Origin: Obrimoposthia wandeli
Lineage: Eukaryota
Assembly (NCBI GenBank): GCA_977020255.1
Contig: CDROCS010000506.1
Coordinates: 1,240,001 to 1,304,000, forward strand
Reading direction: 5' to 3'
DNA: 64,000 nt
The notes below the pieces were generated by a model. That model ran no database searches and was not told the origin of the DNA. It was given only the letters and a program-made list of their open reading frames with translations. The position numbers and the translations under genes were made by a program. Of this stretch, positions 62,216 through 64,000 are shown in pieces. Position 1 is the first letter of the stretch. Every line of letters starts with the position of its first letter.

Positions 62216-63613
62216 ATGAAAAAAATACTCATCACCTTAGCTATTTTAGCTGCCTCATCTCTTAATTTTGCAATGGCTGAAAAAGGGGACATTTGCACAA
62301 ACTGCCCAGATCTTCTACCGATAAAAGACGCAAGTAAATTTGTAGATGGTGACTACTATACTAAATCCTTCAATGCCGTAAACTCTGCTCAAGCAATCTT
62401 TCGAGCCGCTTTAATTGAAGATATTTCAGCAGGTCAGAAGCAACTTAGCTATAACGAAGCATGGACTGCGCTAACTCACACAGATGAAGATCCAACGGAC
62501 CCTAATAATATAATATTATTATACCGTGGCGATTCAATACCAAAAAACCATAACGCGTCAACCAAACCCGCAGATGTTCCTCAGTCAGAGTTTAACGATT
62601 ACTGGAATAGAGAACATGTTTGGGCTAAAAGCCATGGTTTCCCAAATCCAAATCAGCGTGGTTATACAGATATACATCACTTACGCCCTTCAGATCAAAC
62701 AGTAAACACGGCACGTAATAACAAGGATTTCGATGCTGGCGGTACACCAAATGCTGAAACAAATATCAATTTTTCAACATCCACAACTTGGGAACCAAGA
62801 GATGCTGTGAAAGGCGATGTAGCTCGAATGATGCTATATATGGATGTACGTTATGACGTCGGCACTGCATCAGGAATGCCTGATCTTGTTCTTGTAAATA
62901 AAACAGGAACAGTTTCAAGTAAGCTTGAAGATGGTCCAGCTGAATTCGGTAAGCTGTGTACCTTAATCACGTGGAACTACGATGATCATGTAGATGACTT
63001 AGAAAGAGCGCGCAATAACGCTATTTATGAGTATCAAGGTAACCGAAATCCATTTATTGATCATAATGAGTGGGTTGATGTTATTTATAAAGATGTTTGT
63101 TCAGGAATCACGGTCCCTTTATCTATTACAATTGATGAAATTGATGAAGTTACTGAAAAAACAAAAATCACATTAAAAACTAATGCAAATGAACCCGGGG
63201 CTTTAACCTACAGCTGGACTCAAAAATCAGGGTCACCAACAGTAACGCTTGATACTACGGTTGCAGGATCTGCAAGTTTCACAGCTCCAGATATTCCAGA
63301 TACAGAGTCTGCTGAATTCGAATTTGAAGTTATTGTCACGAATGCAGATAAAGATACAGCTAAAGATATAGTTAAACTAACTGTCAAAGATATAAATTAC
63401 ACTTCAACGTTTGATATCTCGATTGCTGATGCTGAAGATAAGATTGAAGGTCAGCTTGTTTCTTTAACCGTAAGTAGCCAAGTAGATAATGTTCGTTATT
63501 ACTGGAAACAACTATCAGGCCCTTCAATTTCAATTATAAACCCTTATAAATCAGCGCAATTAAATTCTGCACCGCGCGTGTGGAGAAAAAGAATCAGCTT
63601 CAACCCGAGTTGA
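62216..63613 (+). CDS. Endonuclease I-family (His-Me finger) secreted nuclease with PKD-like C-terminal repeats; true C-terminus appears out of frame to 63770
   Basis: WNREHVWAKSHG, TDIHHLRP, EPRDAVKGDVARMMLYM, RNNAIYEYQGNRNPFIDH; YSWTQKSG and YYWKQLSG repeats. Confidence 0.88.
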   Translation: MKKILITLAILAASSLNFAMAEKGDICTNCPDLLPIKDASKFVDGDYYTKSFNAVNSAQAIFRAALIEDISAGQKQLSYNEAWTALTHTDEDPTDPNNIILLYRGDSIPKNHNASTKPADVPQSEFNDYWNREHVWAKSHGFPNPNQRGYTDIHHLRPSDQTVNTARNNKDFDAGGTPNAETNINFSTSTTWEPRDAVKGDVARMMLYMDVRYDVGTASGMPDLVLVNKTGTVSSKLEDGPAEFGKLCTLITWNYDDHVDDLERARNNAIYEYQGNRNPFIDHNEWVDVIYKDVCSGITVPLSITIDEIDEVTEKTKITLKTNANEPGALTYSWTQKSGSPTVTLDTTVAGSASFTAPDIPDTESAEFEFEVIVTNADKDTAKDIVKLTVKDINYTSTFDISIADAEDKIEGQLVSLTVSSQVDNVRYYWKQLSGPSISIINPYKSAQLNSAPRVWRKRISFNPS

Positions 63614-63629
63614 CTACAAATGATTACTA

Positions 63630-63770
63630 ATGGGCAATCACATCAAAGCGGTCAGTTTCAATGTTGCTCCAACAAATAGCACGTCTGATAGCAGTAGCGG
63701 TGGTTCATTTAGTATCTTTGGTGTTTTATCGCTACTTGGTCTAGGTTTTCTACGTCGTAAAACTAAATAA
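63630..63770 (+). other. Out-of-frame GlyGly-CTERM (rhombosortase) anchor coding segment
   Basis: Reads ...VSFNVAPTNSTSDSSSGGSFSIFGVLSLLGLGFLRRKTK* in a frame shifted relative to the nuclease ORF. Confidence 0.8.
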
Positions 63771-63819
63771 GTAATGCTTGCTTGATTCAAAAATAATGAA
63801 TAATTAAAAACAATGTAAC

Positions 63820-63854
63820 AAAAAGGCGAATAAACACTGTTTATTTGCCTTTTT
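63820..63854. terminator. Bidirectional terminator between endonuclease and second ushA
   Basis: AAAAAGGCGAATAAACA-C-TGTTTATTTGCCTTTTT. Confidence 0.8.
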
Positions 63855-63903
63855 AATCATTTCATTTTATAACATAAATTTATAGCAAAACTACACCGTA
63901 ATA

Positions 63904-64000
63904 TTATTTATAAAGCATGTCATTTTTCGGATCGAAATCAGCAACGTTAATCGGTGAGTTTGCTTCGATGTATTCTTTCAATACTTCGGCATCAACATAA
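63904..64000 (-). CDS. 3' end of a second UshA-like 5'-nucleotidase (continues beyond window)
   Basis: Minus strand YVDAEVLKEYIEANSPINVADFDPKNDMLYK*, versus the UshA end YVDAEVLKDYIQANSPINVDDFSPK. Confidence 0.85.
   Translation of the reverse strand, partial: YVDAEVLKEYIEANSPINVADFDPKNDMLYK

Noticed and set aside
1-64000. CRISPR array, IS elements, rRNA
   Set aside because: No regularly spaced 25-40 bp repeats with unique spacers, no transposase ORF or terminal inverted repeats, and no rRNA-like sequence were seen.

Overview
AT-rich marine gammaproteobacterial chromosome segment. It is tentatively Moritella-like, inferred from gene order and protein style without a database search. Bases 1-30 kb are conserved housekeeping synteny: ubiV(partial)-nlpI-pnp-rpsO-truB-rbfA-infB-nusA-rimP-tRNA-fMet-tRNA-Leu-secG-glmM-folP-ftsH-rlmE-yhbY-greA, TRIC protein, tyrS, M23 peptidase-anmK, then grpE-nadK-recN-bamE-rnfH-ratA-smpB-ssrA, with recognisable sigma32, sigmaE, LexA and sigma70 sites. 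Accessory DNA lies downstream of ssrA: (i) a 599-bp tandem unit made of a 59-bp hairpin repeat plus a small lipoprotein gene; (ii) two porin paralogs; (iii) a flavin monooxygenase; (iv) a 9.5-kb omega-amino-acid catabolic/TRAP cassette bracketed by an intact rbsR and a diverged orphan rbsR 3' half, with a deletion that joins lhgO and LysR remnants; (v) the ribose operon; (vi) a nucleic-acid scavenging cluster (OmpK/Tsx, two UshA, a porin, an Xds/ExeM nuclease and an endonuclease I, the last two with frame-broken GlyGly-CTERM tails). The most unusual observations are tandem copies of gene 3' ends that include the stop codon and differ mainly at synonymous positions (rlmE, anmK), the ssrA-adjacent repeat-lipoprotein unit, and several small ORFs missing from the ORF track. 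No integrase, transposase or CRISPR array was seen.
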